From Candidatus Dormiibacterota bacterium (GTDB lineage Bacteria > Chloroflexota > Dormibacteria > Dormibacterales > Dormibacteraceae), in NCBI GenBank assembly GCA_036564345.1, contig DATCOZ010000299.1:1-52828 (forward strand): a DNA stretch of 52,828 nucleotides. Reading direction: 5' to 3'. The notes under the pieces are model-generated. The model did not search any database, was not told the DNA's origin, and saw only the letters and a list, made by a program, of their open reading frames with translations. Positions within the stretch are counted from its first letter, which is position 1. Every line of letters begins with the position of its first letter. Positions 51,255 to 52,828 of the stretch are shown here, one piece after another. Made by a program: the position numbers and the translations under genes.

Positions 51255-52589
51255 CTAGGTGACGGGCACGTCCGCGCAGAGCGCCCAGGGAAAGAGCTCG
51301 GAGCCCGAGTAGCCACGCCGGCGATCGGCGGAGAGGTCGGCGAGCCGGTCGCCGAGCAGGTCGTAGAAGTTGCCGGCGATCGCGGCGTCTTTGACCCGGT
51401 ACTGGAGCTCGCCGCCGGGCCCGATCGCGAAGCCGAGGCCGACGTTCGCCGAGAAGTCGCCGTTGGCCAGGTTGGAGCCGTGCATGCCGAGCAGGCTGTC
51501 CACCAGCAGGCCGCCCTCAGCGCTCGCGAGCAGCTCGTCGAGGGGCAGCCGGCCGCCGCCCATCTCCCAGTTGCCGGCGGCGGGGAAGGGGGCGGTCGAA
51601 TAGCCCGCTCGGCGGCCGCGTCCGGGCCTGAGGTCAAGCCGGGCGGCGAAGCGGAGGTCGGCCACGAAGTTCTTCAGGATGCCCTCCTCGACGATCGGCA
51701 TCGCGAACGCCGGCAAGCCCTCGTCGTCGAAGGGGGACCCGGCTCGACCCGCCTCGGGACGGCTGTCGTCGAGGATGGTGACCTTGCTGCTCAGGACCTT
51801 GTCCCCGAGGCGGTCGGTAAGGGGAGAGGTCTTCCGGTAGACGGCCGGGGCGCCGACCGCGCTGTGGAGGGAGGCGAGGATCGCGCTCAGCGCGGCGGGG
51901 GTGAAGACGACGGGCCGCGGGCCGGTGGGAAGGCGGCCCTCCTGGAGGGAGCGGCGCAGCTTCTCGGCGGCGCCCTCGATGGCGGCGTCGACGTCGATGT
52001 CGCGATGCATCGAGGCGCCCCCGTCATGGCACCAGAGAACGGAGGTTCCCTCCACCCGCTGGGCGAGGGCGTAGAAGGACCAGCTCGAGCGCCTGCAGAT
52101 GGATCGCAGTCCGCGGCTGTTGCCCACCCGGATGGTCGCGGTCGCCCGGCCGGCGCCGGCCCCCGCGAGGACTCCGTCAGCCAGCGGCTGGAGCCGCTCG
52201 ATCGCGGTGCGTCCCATCGCGACCAGCTCGGCGACGGAGATCGCCTCCACCTGGGGGTCGCTGATGTCGGCGTCCATCGATCCAGCGCTGGGAAGCTCGA
52301 ACGGATGCCTTTCCGGCTCGGTCAGCCGAGCGGTGCTGAGGGCTGCCAGCACGGCGTCGCCAACCCGGTCGAGGATGGAGGTCGAGGAGAAGCCGACCCG
52401 GCCGCCGGCGATGACCCGGATCCCGATGCCCCGGCTGGTGCTGCTCTCGATCCCGGCGAGCCGGTTGTTCTGGTAGTCGACGGAGTCGCTGGCCGACTCG
52501 ACGTAAAACGCCTCCGCCTGGTCGGCGCCCGAGCGCGTCGCCTGCTCCAGCGCCTGCTCGACAAGGTCCGAGCCGACCTCAGTCGCCAC
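51255..52589 (-). CDS. pmbA: TldD/PmbA-family metalloprotease, PmbA-like partner
   Basis: GTG at 52589 overlaps the upstream tldD-like stop by 11 nt. DLVEQALEQATRSGADQAEAF...GSNLANGDFSANVGLGFAI...AIAGNFYDLL. Confidence 0.8.
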   Translation of the reverse strand: MATEVGSDLVEQALEQATRSGADQAEAFYVESASDSVDYQNNRLAGIESSTSRGIGIRVIAGGRVGFSSTSILDRVGDAVLAALSTARLTEPERHPFELPSAGSMDADISDPQVEAISVAELVAMGRTAIERLQPLADGVLAGAGAGRATATIRVGNSRGLRSICRRSSWSFYALAQRVEGTSVLWCHDGGASMHRDIDVDAAIEGAAEKLRRSLQEGRLPTGPRPVVFTPAALSAILASLHSAVGAPAVYRKTSPLTDRLGDKVLSSKVTILDDSRPEAGRAGSPFDDEGLPAFAMPIVEEGILKNFVADLRFAARLDLRPGRGRRAGYSTAPFPAAGNWEMGGGRLPLDELLASAEGGLLVDSLLGMHGSNLANGDFSANVGLGFAIGPGGELQYRVKDAAIAGNFYDLLGDRLADLSADRRRGYSGSELFPWALCADVPVT

Positions 52590-52828
52590 CGATCCTGACC
52601 TCGCGGATCCGGAGATGGGGGGCGCCGAAGCCGACCGGCAGGGGACCCTGGCCGGCCTTGCCACAGCCACCGCCCGACTCCGCCGGTGTCATCGTGTCCT
52701 CGATCGCCTCGATGTCCTTCAGGGTCTTGAAGGTGTTCCCGGTCAGGGTGACGTCGCGGAGCAGCTCGCCCGGCTCGCCGTCCTCGATCAGGTAGGCCAG
52801 GCCGGCCGAGAAGGTGAACATCTCCATG
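52579..52828 (-). CDS. tldD: TldD-like metalloprotease, C-terminal part (5' end outside the window)
   Basis: ...GGGCGKAGQGPLPVGFGAPHLRIREVRIGGD-stop. The frame is open to the window edge. Confidence 0.8.
   Translation of the reverse strand, partial: MEMFTFSAGLAYLIEDGEPGELLRDVTLTGNTFKTLKDIEAIEDTMTPAESGGGCGKAGQGPLPVGFGAPHLRIREVRIGGD

Overview
High-GC (about two-thirds G+C by eye) bacterial chromosomal segment. I call about 60 protein genes, mostly housekeeping, transport and stress functions. The gene content (Ddn-type deazaflavin nitroreductase, DinB proteins, sortase, PBP1A, HtpX plus a PspAB-like gene, CHAD-PPK1-PPX) suggests an Actinomycetota- or Chloroflexota-like soil lineage; this is inference only. 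I recognised no rRNA, tRNA, CRISPR array, transposase, integrase or known defence system.

Main blocks:
- A three-subunit xanthine-dehydrogenase-family molybdoenzyme in hcrCAB order.
- pepF-corA.
- A PBP1A / anchored beta-propeller / PaaI / DinB operon next to a sortase.
- A lower-GC patch (about 20.0-23.4 kb) with gene fragments.
- htpX plus a PspAB-like gene.
- A CDF / haloalkane dehalogenase / K+ channel / LIV ABC operon.
- fumC-crp.
- A polyphosphate/phosphate supercluster (CHAD-ppk1, ppx, ABC-2, DUF47-PiT).
- greA and tldD/pmbA.

No clear-cut new multi-gene system was found. The most unusual signals are non-coding:
1. A roughly 110-nt intergenic element in three copies: a GTAG-type tetranucleotide (GTAG in copies 2 and 3, GTAA in copy 1), a hairpin, a G-tract and a palindromic terminator. 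This is REP-like. One copy carries a 55-bp tandem duplication that captured the last codons of greA.
2. A second small repeat pair with a compensatory stem change. One copy supplies the C-terminal tail of the CHAD gene.
3. A Shine-Dalgarno-sequestering hairpin in front of DUF47-PiT.
4. Several frameshifts and gene remnants, some at homopolymer runs. These mean either genome decay or assembly error.

All family assignments come from motif recognition by eye and need database confirmation.
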